A program made the position numbers and the translations under genes. This document shows positions 10,421-19,688 of a stretch of DNA of 64,000 nucleotides, in pieces. The DNA is from Verrucomicrobiota bacterium (lineage in GTDB: Bacteria; Verrucomicrobiota; Verrucomicrobiia; Limisphaerales; SIBE01), in contig JACQWK010000178.1 in NCBI GenBank assembly GCA_016209525.1, positions 2,176-66,175 on the forward strand, in the 5' to 3' direction. The notes beneath the pieces were generated by a model. It made no database searches and was not told the DNA's origin. It saw nothing but the letters and a program-made list of their open reading frames with translations. The stretch's first letter is position 1. Each line of letters starts with the position of its first letter.

Positions 10421-11628
10421 ATCTCGCGGCGCAAGACATCCGCCACAATCTCGGGCGCTTCGCGTTGACCGCCGTCGGCATCGGTCTGCTGCTCATGATC
10501 GTGCTGGGGATGAGGGGAATTTACCGCGGCATGATCGATGATGCCCTCGTGGTGGTGGATCGCATTGGCGCGGACTTGTGGGTTGTCCAGCGTGGCACGC
10601 GCGGGCCGTTCGCCGAGATTTCCCGTCTGCCCGCCAACCTCGAACATCGCTTGCGCGCCGTGCCGGGAGTCGCCAGCGCGCGGAGCTTTGTGTCCCACAA
10701 TGTCCAACGCGAACACATCGGAAAACCGCTGCGGATGAATGTTCACGGCCTGGCCTGGCCCGAAGACAAAGGCCAGTGGGTGAACCTGATCGCGGGACGC
10801 CCGCTGGCTCGAGCGCACTATGAAATGATCGCTGATGCGTCGCTTGGTCTGGCGTTGGGCGAGAAGTTGGTCCTTGGCAAAGATACCTACACGGCCGTGG
10901 GCGTGACCAAGGGCATGGTCTCGTCCGGCGGCGACGGCATCGCCTTTTTCACGGTGCAGGATGCGCAAGCGATTCAATTTGATCTTGCCGGCGAAGCGAT
11001 CCGAATGGAGCGCGCGGCGCGTGTCCAAAGGGCCGTTGGGCAAGACATCGGACGAGTGCAACCCCTGTTGCTGGAGCTTGGAGGCGGGCTGTCGTCGGGC
11101 ATTCCCGCGCTCGGGCCGCCGATGGTCAGCGCCATCACCGTGCGCCTGGCCGAAGGATCGGACGCTGGTTGGGTCGCAGATACCATCGCCGCCTGGCCTG
11201 ATGTGTCGGTGCACACGCGCGACGGCCAGGTGCAGCTCCTGGTGCACGGGATGATTGACAAAGCGCGCCGGCAACTCGGCCTCTTCAGCACCCTCCTGGT
11301 CATTATCTCCACCATCATCATGGCGCTGATTCTTTACACCCTTACGCTCGATAAGATTCACGACATCGCGATGCTCAAGCTGATGGGCGCGCGCAATTCG
11401 ATGATCGCCGGCCTCATCCTGCAACAGGCGCTGCTGCTTGGTGCATTGGGTTTCGGCATCGCGTGGTACCTGGGCGGCTGGATTTTCCCGAAATTCCCGC
11501 GCCGGGTGCTGGTCGCGCCGGACGACCTGTGGGGACTCGCCGGTGTGGTGCTGATCATATCCGTCCTTTCGAGCCTGCTCGGAATTTGGAAAGCCATGCG
11601 CGTTGAACCGAACAAGGTGCTCTCCTGA
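10417..11628 (+). CDS. ABC transporter permease, FtsX/DevC-like
   Basis: N-terminal TM, extracytoplasmic domain, C-terminal FtsX module 'DIAMLKLMGA'. Confidence 0.85.
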   Translation: MNLAAQDIRHNLGRFALTAVGIGLLLMIVLGMRGIYRGMIDDALVVVDRIGADLWVVQRGTRGPFAEISRLPANLEHRLRAVPGVASARSFVSHNVQREHIGKPLRMNVHGLAWPEDKGQWVNLIAGRPLARAHYEMIADASLGLALGEKLVLGKDTYTAVGVTKGMVSSGGDGIAFFTVQDAQAIQFDLAGEAIRMERAARVQRAVGQDIGRVQPLLLELGGGLSSGIPALGPPMVSAITVRLAEGSDAGWVADTIAAWPDVSVHTRDGQVQLLVHGMIDKARRQLGLFSTLLVIISTIIMALILYTLTLDKIHDIAMLKLMGARNSMIAGLILQQALLLGALGFGIAWYLGGWIFPKFPRRVLVAPDDLWGLAGVVLIISVLSSLLGIWKAMRVEPNKVLS

Positions 11629-11676
11629 TGAAGCCAGAGGCAAGACCTGCGAACAACGCGATGAACAGAGGCTCTA

Positions 11677-11800
11677 ACTCCCCCTCCTCCATGCAATGGA
11701 GGAGAGGGCCGGGGAGAGGAGGTGGGTTGGCCGATGCATCCGAGGCCATCCCTCTCTCAGTCCTCTCCGCACTCCTGCGTCTTGGGGGAGAGCAAGAGGC
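11677..11800. repeat. Two-hairpin REP-like unit separating the permease and ATPase genes
   Basis: Hairpin 1: 'ctcctccatgcaatggaggag' plus 'ggccggggagaggagg'. Hairpin 2: 'ccctctctc...gggggagag'. The same two-hairpin unit recurs at 55585-55709 and a related one at 25015-25087. Confidence 0.75.
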
Positions 11801-11883
11801 AACGCTCGCTGTCAGAAATTGCCGCGGCTTGCAATGATTCCACCAAATGCCGGCGAACTTTGAAATCCTCGCTACTCTGCAAA

Positions 11884-12594
11884 ATGTGCATCACCGCCAA
11901 CAACCGCTCGCCCGCCATTGAGGTCTTCAACCTGACGAAGATTTACGGCCGCGGCAACACCGAGGTCGTGGCCATGAAAGACGTGAATCTGCGGGTGGCG
12001 GAAGGTGAAGTCATCGCGCTGCTCGGACCGAGCGGGGCGGGCAAATCCACGTTGCTGACCGCGATGGGCCTCATCAATCCGCCCACCTCGGGTCGCATCA
12101 TCATCGGAGGCATGCCCGTGCTGGATGGCCCGAGGCCGCTGGTCGATCTGCGCTCGTTCCGGCGGCATCATCTGGGGTTCGTGTTCCAAAAGGCGAATCT
12201 CATCCCGTTCCTGAACGCGGCGCAGAACGTGCAAGTCGCTCTCGAGATCAACGACGTGCCGCCCCGGCCGGCCCGGCATCGTGCGCTGGAACTCCTCGAT
12301 TACCTGGGTGTGGCCGACCGCGCGAACAATCTGCCGGAGGCCCTTTCCGGCGGCCAGCAACAGCGCGTCGCTGTGGCGCGCGCACTGGCCAATGAGCCGG
12401 AATTGATTCTGGCCGATGAGCCGACGGCCGCGCTCGACAGCCATCGTGGCCGCCAGGTCATGGAGTTGTTCCGCAAAGTCGCGCACGAACGCGGCGCGGG
12501 AGTGATCGTCGTCACCCACGACCAGCGTGCTCTGGATGTGTTTGACCGGACCCTCGAAATGGAGGACGGGCAGTTGAAGGACGGACATCCGTAG
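11884..12594 (+). CDS. ABC transporter ATP-binding protein (DevA-like)
   Basis: Walker A 'GPSGAGKST', '[15 protein letters not shown]', '[12 protein letters not shown]'. Start moved to the Met at 11884 because the upstream part of the track ORF is repeat-derived. Confidence 0.9.
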   Translation: MCITANNRSPAIEVFNLTKIYGRGNTEVVAMKDVNLRVAEGEVIALLGPSGAGKSTLLTAMGLINPPTSGRIIIGGMPVLDGPRPLVDLRSFRRHHLGFVFQKANLIPFLNAAQNVQVALEINDVPPRPARHRALELLDYLGVADRANNLPEALSGGQQQRVAVARALANEPELILADEPTAALDSHRGRQVMELFRKVAHERGAGVIVVTHDQRALDVFDRTLEMEDGQLKDGHP

Positions 12595-12929
12595 TGCAGT
12601 GTGGCGAAGCCGCGACTGAATCCGGTGGGGCGAGACGCTGTCGAGCTCTGGAATCCTTCCCGGCAAGAACGTCAGGGCTCGACGGGAGTCTCGCCCGGCC
12701 CAAGAATTCGCTCGGCATGCGATGATTCCAGGCGATGCTGATGGATTGGACATCTGCGGTACGATTTGTGACGGTTTAGTCAATCATTCTCGGAATTCAG
12801 GGTCCGTTTCAGCCGGATCCAAGTTGACTCATTTCTTCTCGAACAGGCCTCGGCATTCGAACGTCCTTGCATCTCACCCAACCCCCGTTAGCCTCGGTTT
12901 CAGAACAGCGAAACGTAAAGGAATTCCTC

Positions 12930-14144
12930 ATGCGTACACGACTCCTCGCACTGGCAATGGCAGTCCTCGCGGGGACCGCCGCCTTCGGCCAAGAAAACAG
13001 AAGCAGCACCAATCGTAGCGAATCCCTCAAGTTCATTTGCCAGCGGCTCGGCATCGGCTCTGGCGCAGTCATCGCCGACGTAGGGTGCGGCGATGGGCCG
13101 GACACCATGGTCTTTGCGTCGATTGTGGGACCAGGCGGAACCGTGCTGGCCCAGGAGATCGACACCGCCAAGCTCAAGAAGGTGCAGGAAACGGCCGACA
13201 AGCGCGGGTTCCATCAAGTTGTGCCCATTCTCGGGCAGAGCGACGATCCCCGCCTGCCGAATGGATTCGCGGATCTCATCTACATGAACAAGGTCTTTCA
13301 TCACTTCTCGCGCCCACAAAACATGCTCAGGCAACTGTGGCTGGACCTGAAGCCCGGCGGTGCGCTCGCCATCGTGGACCAGCAGAAAGGGCCGTTGACC
13401 GATTGGGCGCCGATGGAAGAGCGGGAGAAGAAACACCATTGGACGGGCGAGACCACGGTCGTGCGGCTGGCGCGCGAGGCCGGATTCCTCTTTCACGGAG
13501 TCTGGAATGATTTGTGGTATGAGAAGCAGCCGTTTCTCCTGGTGTTCCGGAAACCGGTCGAATCGAAGCAGCCCGAAAGCGATCCGGATTTGCCGCAAAG
13601 GTTGGATGCGAACGCTGTAATCCGAGTGCTGCCCCTTGCGCAGGCCGATGGGAATGCAGTCGCCTTTTTTGGCCTGGACCGAGGGCGGGAAGTGGTGCCG
13701 ATGCTCAAGGCGAAGCTGCCGAGTTCGGCACGTCTCTATGACGTCATGATTGATGAATGGGCTTTGTCGCGTGAAGAACTGCCTTCTGAGGCCCAGGAAT
13801 CAAAGGGGGAGATTCTGCGAACGACCAAAGGCGATCTCATTCTGCCTGCCGATGTCCAACTCGGATTGGTGGTTTTCGCAGACGCCTATCACCGGCTATG
13901 GGATCCGTTGCCGATCTTGCGACGCTTGAAGCAACACATGACCGGTTCGGCGCTGATCGCGGTGATTGACCGAGAAGGTCCGGACTCCGAAATCCGACGG
14001 CTGGCTGGCCATCGCCGGCGCATCTCGTCCAAGGTGGTGATTGAGGAGATGCGTCAAGCAGGCTTCCGTTTGCGCGAGTCCCAGCCGGCGCCGGCGCGAG
14101 ATCGGCTCTTTTTGCTCTTCGGCATCGACAGCGATTCACCGTAG
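12930..14144 (+). CDS. Secreted two-domain class I SAM-dependent methyltransferase-like protein
   Basis: Signal peptide 'MRTRLLALAMAVLAGTAAFG'. SAM motif I 'VIADVGCGDGPD'. The second half repeats the fold. Confidence 0.7.
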   Translation: MRTRLLALAMAVLAGTAAFGQENRSSTNRSESLKFICQRLGIGSGAVIADVGCGDGPDTMVFASIVGPGGTVLAQEIDTAKLKKVQETADKRGFHQVVPILGQSDDPRLPNGFADLIYMNKVFHHFSRPQNMLRQLWLDLKPGGALAIVDQQKGPLTDWAPMEEREKKHHWTGETTVVRLAREAGFLFHGVWNDLWYEKQPFLLVFRKPVESKQPESDPDLPQRLDANAVIRVLPLAQADGNAVAFFGLDRGREVVPMLKAKLPSSARLYDVMIDEWALSREELPSEAQESKGEILRTTKGDLILPADVQLGLVVFADAYHRLWDPLPILRRLKQHMTGSALIAVIDREGPDSEIRRLAGHRRRISSKVVIEEMRQAGFRLRESQPAPARDRLFLLFGIDSDSP

Positions 14145-14520
14145 CGCAGACTTGCAGTCTGCCGTATCGCAGATCATGGCTATCCACTTCACGCCAGTAG
14201 CCACAACGGATTGTGCTTCGGCCGAAGGCCGCGCGCGCATTACTTTTGTTCACTGGCTTCATCCGAATAGGCAGATCGCAGATTTTCAATCTGCTCAGCT
14301 TCCGAAAGCTCGGAGACCCCAGCCGGGGCGGGAGCCTTGCCGACTGCAAGTCGGCAATACGGCAGAATGAAGATCTGCGCTACGAACAGCGCCACCGCGA
14401 GCATCACGGAAGATCCGGAGCGCGCCCATCTTGGACGCAGCGGATTCAGAACGGTTCCACACGTCCTTCGGCCTTGCGCGCGCTGCGGTCTGGAAGGCCG
14501 CGCTCCGAACCCGACAACTT
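14142..14520. repeat. Array of short GC-rich hairpins (7-bp stem / 3-nt loop family)
   Basis: Units include 'gcagacttgcagtctgc', 'gcagattttcaatctgc', 'gccgactgcaagtcggc' and 'gcggtctggaaggccgc'. The same family occurs at 29340-29660, 30497-30632 and 52838-52969. Confidence 0.8.
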
Positions 14521-14610
14521 CGGGATGCACGGCGGCGTGCCTGCGCACCTTGTTTGATGTTGCGACTCGCAACGGTTTTGGATAGGAGTTTCCTACGACT
14601 AATCCCTCGA

Positions 14611-15402
14611 ATGACGCGACGCTCACTGCTCTTAGCGGCTTGGATTTCAATCGTTATTGCTGATCCTGCGGAACCCGTCGCGGCCTTGCGACGGCCAGCG
14701 GCGACTGTGTTCACCAACCCCACCGCCGGAGACAAAGCGGAGCGGCCTGAAATCAACTCGCGTCGCAGCGAGCCCCCGCAGGATCGCGGGATTCTCGAAG
14801 GTACCGTCAGATATCAGGCTGATCCACAGCGGCCTTGGAAACTCTCCAGATATTACGTCCAAAACTCCAAGAAAGGCTGGTTGGCTGAAGCCGTGGTGGC
14901 CTTGGACTGCTCCTCCCGGGCGCCTTCCGCTCCGCCGGAAACACCCAAGAGCCGAACCATGGATCAGTTGAATTTCCAGTTCGTGCCGGAAACCATGGCA
15001 ATCCACTCGGGCGATTCGGTCCGAATCACCAACAGCGACGAGACGCTGCACAACATGATGACCTCGGATGGTGGCAAGCCTTTCAACGTGAATGTCGTCA
15101 AAGGCAAGGATTTCACGCACACGTTCGATCGCGCCGGAGGACTGACAAATCCGATCCGCCTTGGGTGTGTGTTCCACGGAGGAATGCGTGCCTGGATTTA
15201 TGTTTTCGATCATCCTTGGTTCGCCGTCACCGAACGCGATGGGCGGTTTCGATTTGAGAACGTGCCGCCGGGCGCGTACACGCTCGGCGGCATTCATCCG
15301 GCGGGAAAGTTGCGCTGGAGCCGGCAAATTCAAGTGAAGCCGAACGAGAAGACGACGGTGGAAATTCAGCTCTCTCCCGACGATCTGATTGGTTCGAAAT
15401 AG
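14611..15402 (+). CDS. Secreted cupredoxin-like (type-1 copper) protein with C-terminal beta-sandwich
   Basis: Signal peptide 'MTRRSLLLAAWISIVIA'. Putative Cu ligands 'LHN' and 'GCVFHGGM' (C-x2-H-x2-M). Confidence 0.6.
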   Translation: MTRRSLLLAAWISIVIADPAEPVAALRRPAATVFTNPTAGDKAERPEINSRRSEPPQDRGILEGTVRYQADPQRPWKLSRYYVQNSKKGWLAEAVVALDCSSRAPSAPPETPKSRTMDQLNFQFVPETMAIHSGDSVRITNSDETLHNMMTSDGGKPFNVNVVKGKDFTHTFDRAGGLTNPIRLGCVFHGGMRAWIYVFDHPWFAVTERDGRFRFENVPPGAYTLGGIHPAGKLRWSRQIQVKPNEKTTVEIQLSPDDLIGSK

Positions 15403-15415
15403 AAACTTCTTCCTT

Positions 15416-16651
15416 ATGAAGAAACATCCATTGACATCCCCATCCGTCACACGCGAAGAGTCCACCGTTACGCCCCGCCGATTCTCTCGCCGCGACATCT
15501 TGAAAGTCGGCTTAAGCGGAGCAGCGGTGTGTGCGGCCGGTTGGCCGTTTCCGGCTTTTGCCTTTCAGCCTGAAGCGCCTGACGAAGAGTTGGTTTCCTT
15601 CCTCGATATGCCTCGCACCGGCGCGAACCGGCTGGGCTGGGAAACGCTGGACGCCTGGCTGACGCCGCAGGACCAGGTCTTCAATGTCCAGCATTACGGA
15701 ATCCCGGAATTCGATGCGAAAGACTTCAAACTGGAAATCACCGGCCTGGTCGCCAAGCCCATGCCCCTGACGATGGACGCGCTGAAGGCGATGCCGAGGA
15801 AGGATCAACTCATGACGTTGGAGTGCTCCGGCAACGGCAATTCCAAAGGATTCATGAACGCGGTCTATAACAGCCGTTGGACCGGCACGCCGCTGGCGCC
15901 TCTCCTGGAAAAATGCGGTCTTGATCCCAAGGCCAAGGAGATCGTGTTTCTCGGAATGGATCGAAAAGCGGAAACGCTCCGGCCCGGTACACCCCGCGAA
16001 CTGACCGTGGAAGTGCCCTTCGGGCGAAGCATGTCCGTCGAGGACGCAATGAATCTGCCGCTGTTGCTGGCCTACGAACGCAACGGTGAACCTCTGGAAA
16101 AACGGATTGGCGCCCCGTTGCGGCTGATCGTTCCGGGGTGGTACGGCGTAACCAATGTCAAATGGCTGACGCGCATCGATGTGCGGGACCGCCGATACAT
16201 GGGCCGGTACATGGGCCGCGATTACGTGACTGTGCGCGGCGAACGCCGGGGCAATGAGATCGTTTTCCTCGAAACTTCAGTCGCGCGCATGAACCTCAAA
16301 TCCATCGTGGCGCGGGTGACGCGGCGACCGACCCGGAACGGCCTGATTCCGCTAAAGGCGTACGGAGTGGTGTGGAGTGACGGCACCGAAGTCAAAAAAG
16401 TCGAGGTGAATGTGGACGGCGGCGCATGGCGCGAAGCAGTTCTGGACGCCGAGCCTCGCGCCAAGTTCTGCTGGATTCTCTTCTCAATCGACCTCGGAAC
16501 CGTGAAACCAGGCAAGCACGTGATCGTTTCCCGCGCGACGGATGCGAACGGGCGGGTTCAACCTGCCGCCGAGGACGACGAGATCGCGCTCAAGAAGACT
16601 TATTGGGAAGCCTACGAGCGATGGCCACGCGAAATCCAAGTGGAAGCGTGA
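15416..16651 (+). CDS. Tat-exported molybdopterin oxidoreductase, sulfite-oxidase (SUOX/SorA) fold
   Basis: Twin-arginine 'SRRDILKVG'. Mo-ligand Cys context 'TLECSGNG'. C-terminal Ig-like dimerisation domain. Confidence 0.8.
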   Translation: MKKHPLTSPSVTREESTVTPRRFSRRDILKVGLSGAAVCAAGWPFPAFAFQPEAPDEELVSFLDMPRTGANRLGWETLDAWLTPQDQVFNVQHYGIPEFDAKDFKLEITGLVAKPMPLTMDALKAMPRKDQLMTLECSGNGNSKGFMNAVYNSRWTGTPLAPLLEKCGLDPKAKEIVFLGMDRKAETLRPGTPRELTVEVPFGRSMSVEDAMNLPLLLAYERNGEPLEKRIGAPLRLIVPGWYGVTNVKWLTRIDVRDRRYMGRYMGRDYVTVRGERRGNEIVFLETSVARMNLKSIVARVTRRPTRNGLIPLKAYGVVWSDGTEVKKVEVNVDGGAWREAVLDAEPRAKFCWILFSIDLGTVKPGKHVIVSRATDANGRVQPAAEDDEIALKKTYWEAYERWPREIQVEA

Positions 16652-16680
16652 CCGCGCGGCGCTCCGCGTGCCTCCTTTGT

Positions 16681-17448
16681 TCAGATGAGCTGCTGCGTTT
16701 CCGCACGATGCTCTGCGACCAATCGAGCAACGCGATTCAATCCGTCGGCTTCGGATACCCTGGGATGCGGTTGGGCGGGGTTGGCTAACCTGGGTGCCTC
16801 GTGACTCAGCCAGGCACGCGTCATTGCGGCGAATGGCGCATCGTCCTGCAGACACCAGATGAGAAGCTGCCGGGCTTCACTTTGAACACGTTTCTCCTTC
16901 GCGCAGGCAGCCAGCAATAGAAGTGACCCAACTCTCACCAGCCACGATGCACGCTCACGTGCGAGGGGAGGGCGGTCCAGACCGAGCAGCCGAACCGTTT
17001 CGCGCCCACGCTCTGTGAGTCCCTCGATGTCTTGCCTATGAAATGCGAGATGCTGTCCGGGTTGATCGAACGCCGGATCGAGCAAGCATGGCATCCCGCT
17101 GCAATCGGGGAAATGCTTCCACTTGGACTCGTTGCAGCGCCCGCAGGAGAGCAACCAGTTGTCCCAATCGAACATGTACGCTTCGAACTCAGAACGTCCC
17201 TTGGGGCGGTAATGTTCGATGTGCGGGTGCTGAACGTGTTCCATGCGTGCCTCGCAGAACGCACACTTGCGGCGGAATCGCTTTGACAGTTCGGCGGCCT
17301 CGGCACGCAGTTCAGGGCGAATTCGTTGCCGGAATGTGGATGCGGTTAACTTCGATTCTCGGCTACGCGCTTCACCCCAGCGCCGCGCCAGCTCGGTAGC
17401 TTTCTCCTCAAATCCAGGAGGCGGGCTGCCGCGTTCGATGTGGATCAT
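16681..17448 (-). CDS. ptuB: HNH endonuclease, Septu PtuB-like
   Basis: HNH core 'CAFCEARMEHVQHPHIEHYRPKG...WDNWLLSCGRCNESK'. Its ATG overlaps the stop of the upstream ATPase (ATGA at 17445-17448). Confidence 0.7.
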   Translation of the reverse strand: MIHIERGSPPPGFEEKATELARRWGEARSRESKLTASTFRQRIRPELRAEAAELSKRFRRKCAFCEARMEHVQHPHIEHYRPKGRSEFEAYMFDWDNWLLSCGRCNESKWKHFPDCSGMPCLLDPAFDQPGQHLAFHRQDIEGLTERGRETVRLLGLDRPPLARERASWLVRVGSLLLLAACAKEKRVQSEARQLLIWCLQDDAPFAAMTRAWLSHEAPRLANPAQPHPRVSEADGLNRVARLVAEHRAETQQLI

Positions 17449-18872
17449 TCGAGTTCTCGGATTTTGCTGGCCTGTCGGTCGAGTGCCTGCCGAACAAAGG
17501 TTTCCTCCTCTCGGTCGGTGGCCGTGGCGGTTTGAGGCAGCGTATTTGCCCACAGCTCCAACTGCTGGAACTGTGACTCCTCCTGATCTGACAATTTGCC
17601 TTGGCGTTTCTTCGCCCGAAGACCGCGATATTGGTTGAGGCGGTCCTCTACCGGCCCCGCGTACAGGCTATTGAGTGCAAAAAGCTCCGACTGTAGAATC
17701 TGGTCGGCTTGCAGCTTCTGGGCCGGCTCGGTCGAAGCGACGAAAACCACTCCGTTAAGCGATTCTTCCAGCTTGATGTTACCGCTGGTTGCATCGCCCT
17801 CGGCATGGCTACTGTATGTTTCGCCAGGTGGGGTCTCGCCCGCCACCTGCGCCAGAAACGGACTGTGGGTCGCCACGATGAACTGGATGTTCGGGAACTT
17901 TTGCCGCAACCAATGGCCAATTCTCCGTTGCCAATCGGGATGAAGGTGGGCATCAAGCTCATCTACCACGACGACACCGGGACACTCCAGCGGCTTTTCG
18001 TGGTCAGGAAAGGCTTGGGTCAGCCAGCGCAAAAGATCGACGCTTAACGCCAGCATGCTGCGGTAGCCGTCGCTCAAATCTTGAAACGAGGTTTCGCTGC
18101 CGTCATGCCGGCGGAGCTTCACCGACCGGGCATTCACCACCAAGCCGGCAGTTTCAGGCAGGAGCTTCTCGGCGATAGCTTGCTTAACCACTTCCAGCTT
18201 TCTGGCGTCTTTCGGATCCTCGCGGGCAGCACTGTAACGCTCCAGCAGCCACGCTGTCGCATTGGTCAACGCGGCGTCCTCCCGGAACAAGGTGACGAAA
18301 CGAGCTGAGCGTCGTTGTCTGGCAACAATCTGATTGGCATACTCGGCCCCAGCACTCAGCCGGCGAAACGGTCCATATCCGCAGGCGAGCCATCCCTGTT
18401 GGTCCTCGGCGTAGGCGGTTTGCTGTAGGAGCTTGCGGTCCTTCGTTAGGCTCTCTTTCTCCTTCGAGTTGCCTTCGCCTGACCAGGCAATCATCTCGGG
18501 AACTGTGGGCTTTTCTTCTAGCGCTTCGGGCAAGGTGGAAGGATCGCCGCCGCTGACGAGGTAACGGATCTCATATGGACGGGACATGCGCGGTCTCTTG
18601 ACGCTGGCGTCCCCCTCGGTGGGCATGATTTCGGCGGTGATCTCGCCCCAAGGTTGCCCTTTCTTGACCCAACCGTCCGCGGTGGGAAGGAGTTCTCGCA
18701 CAGCGCTCGGACCCGCCAAAATGGCACCGATCGCTTGGAGGAGAGTGCTCTTGCCCAAGCCGTTTCGCCCGAAAAAGGTTGTCCAGCGGCGCACGGAATC
18801 GCCACTGGAAAAATCAACCGTCGCGTCTCCGAAGCATTTGATGTTTCGAAGTCGAATGCTTTTCAGATACAT
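17445..18872 (-). CDS. ptuA: ABC/SMC-like ATPase (AAA_15/AAA_21 type), Septu PtuA-like
   Basis: 'MYLKSIRLRNIKCF', Walker A 'GRNGLGKST', Walker B/D-loop 'VVVVDELDAHLHP', H-loop 'VATHSP'. Confidence 0.75.
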   Translation of the reverse strand: MYLKSIRLRNIKCFGDATVDFSSGDSVRRWTTFFGRNGLGKSTLLQAIGAILAGPSAVRELLPTADGWVKKGQPWGEITAEIMPTEGDASVKRPRMSRPYEIRYLVSGGDPSTLPEALEEKPTVPEMIAWSGEGNSKEKESLTKDRKLLQQTAYAEDQQGWLACGYGPFRRLSAGAEYANQIVARQRRSARFVTLFREDAALTNATAWLLERYSAAREDPKDARKLEVVKQAIAEKLLPETAGLVVNARSVKLRRHDGSETSFQDLSDGYRSMLALSVDLLRWLTQAFPDHEKPLECPGVVVVDELDAHLHPDWQRRIGHWLRQKFPNIQFIVATHSPFLAQVAGETPPGETYSSHAEGDATSGNIKLEESLNGVVFVASTEPAQKLQADQILQSELFALNSLYAGPVEDRLNQYRGLRAKKRQGKLSDQEESQFQQLELWANTLPQTATATDREEETFVRQALDRQASKIRELE

Positions 18873-18883
18873 GGCACGAAGAT

Positions 18884-19552
18884 CTATTTCAACTTGAAGA
18901 CCAGGAAGTATTGATACGGAAGAAAGGTCTGCTCGGCGGCCAGGCGAAACCCATTGGCTTCCATCTCCCGCACCAGATCGCCACGGTCGATTCTCATTTC
19001 CAGCGGTGGCCCGACCGGGGTTTTCTCCTTTTTGAAGTCAATCATCACTACCTCTCCGCCCCGTTTGAGCATCTTGCGCAAGAGCCCAAGGTAGTGAGTT
19101 CGGTTTTCGACGTGATGCCAGGTATCGCAAATGATGAACCGATTGATGGACGCTTCGGGCAGCAATGGGTCGTCCGGCGCGGCCAGAATTGTGACCACAT
19201 TCTTCAGCTTGAAATCGCGAATGCGGCGGTTCAGATGCACGATCATCTCCGGGCTGATATCGACGGCATAAACGCGCCCTTTGTCGCCAATGTGGCGGGC
19301 CAGGCGAAAAGTGAAGTAGCCCGATCCCGCTCCGATGTCCGCGATCACTTCGCCCCTTTTCAGCTTCAGCGCCGTCAGGACTTCGTGCGGCTTCTGGTAA
19401 GCGTCGCGCTTTGGATCCTCCAGCATGGCGATATACGCCTTGGGGTCTTGATGGAGCCGGTGCATCTCGTGACGGTCTCGCGCCACGTGATCTTGCGCCG
19501 TCAAAGGCGCCTGCGCCAGCACGAAGGCAACGCATCCCAAAAAAGATTTCAT
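18884..19552 (-). CDS. Secreted class I SAM-dependent methyltransferase-like protein
   Basis: Signal peptide 'MKSFLGCVAFVLAQAPLTA'. Motif I 'VIADIGAGSGYF'. Paralogous to the N-terminal domain of 12930-14144. Confidence 0.75.
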   Translation of the reverse strand: MKSFLGCVAFVLAQAPLTAQDHVARDRHEMHRLHQDPKAYIAMLEDPKRDAYQKPHEVLTALKLKRGEVIADIGAGSGYFTFRLARHIGDKGRVYAVDISPEMIVHLNRRIRDFKLKNVVTILAAPDDPLLPEASINRFIICDTWHHVENRTHYLGLLRKMLKRGGEVVMIDFKKEKTPVGPPLEMRIDRGDLVREMEANGFRLAAEQTFLPYQYFLVFKLK

Positions 19553-19688
19553 CGTTCCACTTCCCTACAGCCCTTGGCGGGGATGTCAAACACTTCAAGT
19601 CCGCTGGGGACCGATCCGGCGAACCCGACATTTTTCCCTAGGCGTTCCTCAGATTCCATTCCGCCCCCTTGCTTGACACCGTCGTTGG

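Noticed and set aside
10171-11643. Very long antisense ORFs (10171-11643 minus, 33545-34882 plus, 35922-37259 minus, 23860-24906 minus, 62365-63546 plus, 28634-29716 plus, and many shorter ones).
   Set aside because: They lie opposite genes with strong motif support and have Arg/Gly/Pro/Ala-rich, low-information composition. This is typical of stop-poor shadow frames in high-GC DNA.
14213-14756. Overlapping ORFs of 80-150 aa covering 14.2-14.8 kb and the N-terminal 119 codons of ORF 28376-29740.
   Set aside because: They are translated hairpin-array repeats. The same peptides recur wherever the repeat occurs, in either orientation.
16681-18872. Retron association of the Septu-like pair.
   Set aside because: No reverse-transcriptase ORF or structured non-coding region lies within several kb on either side.
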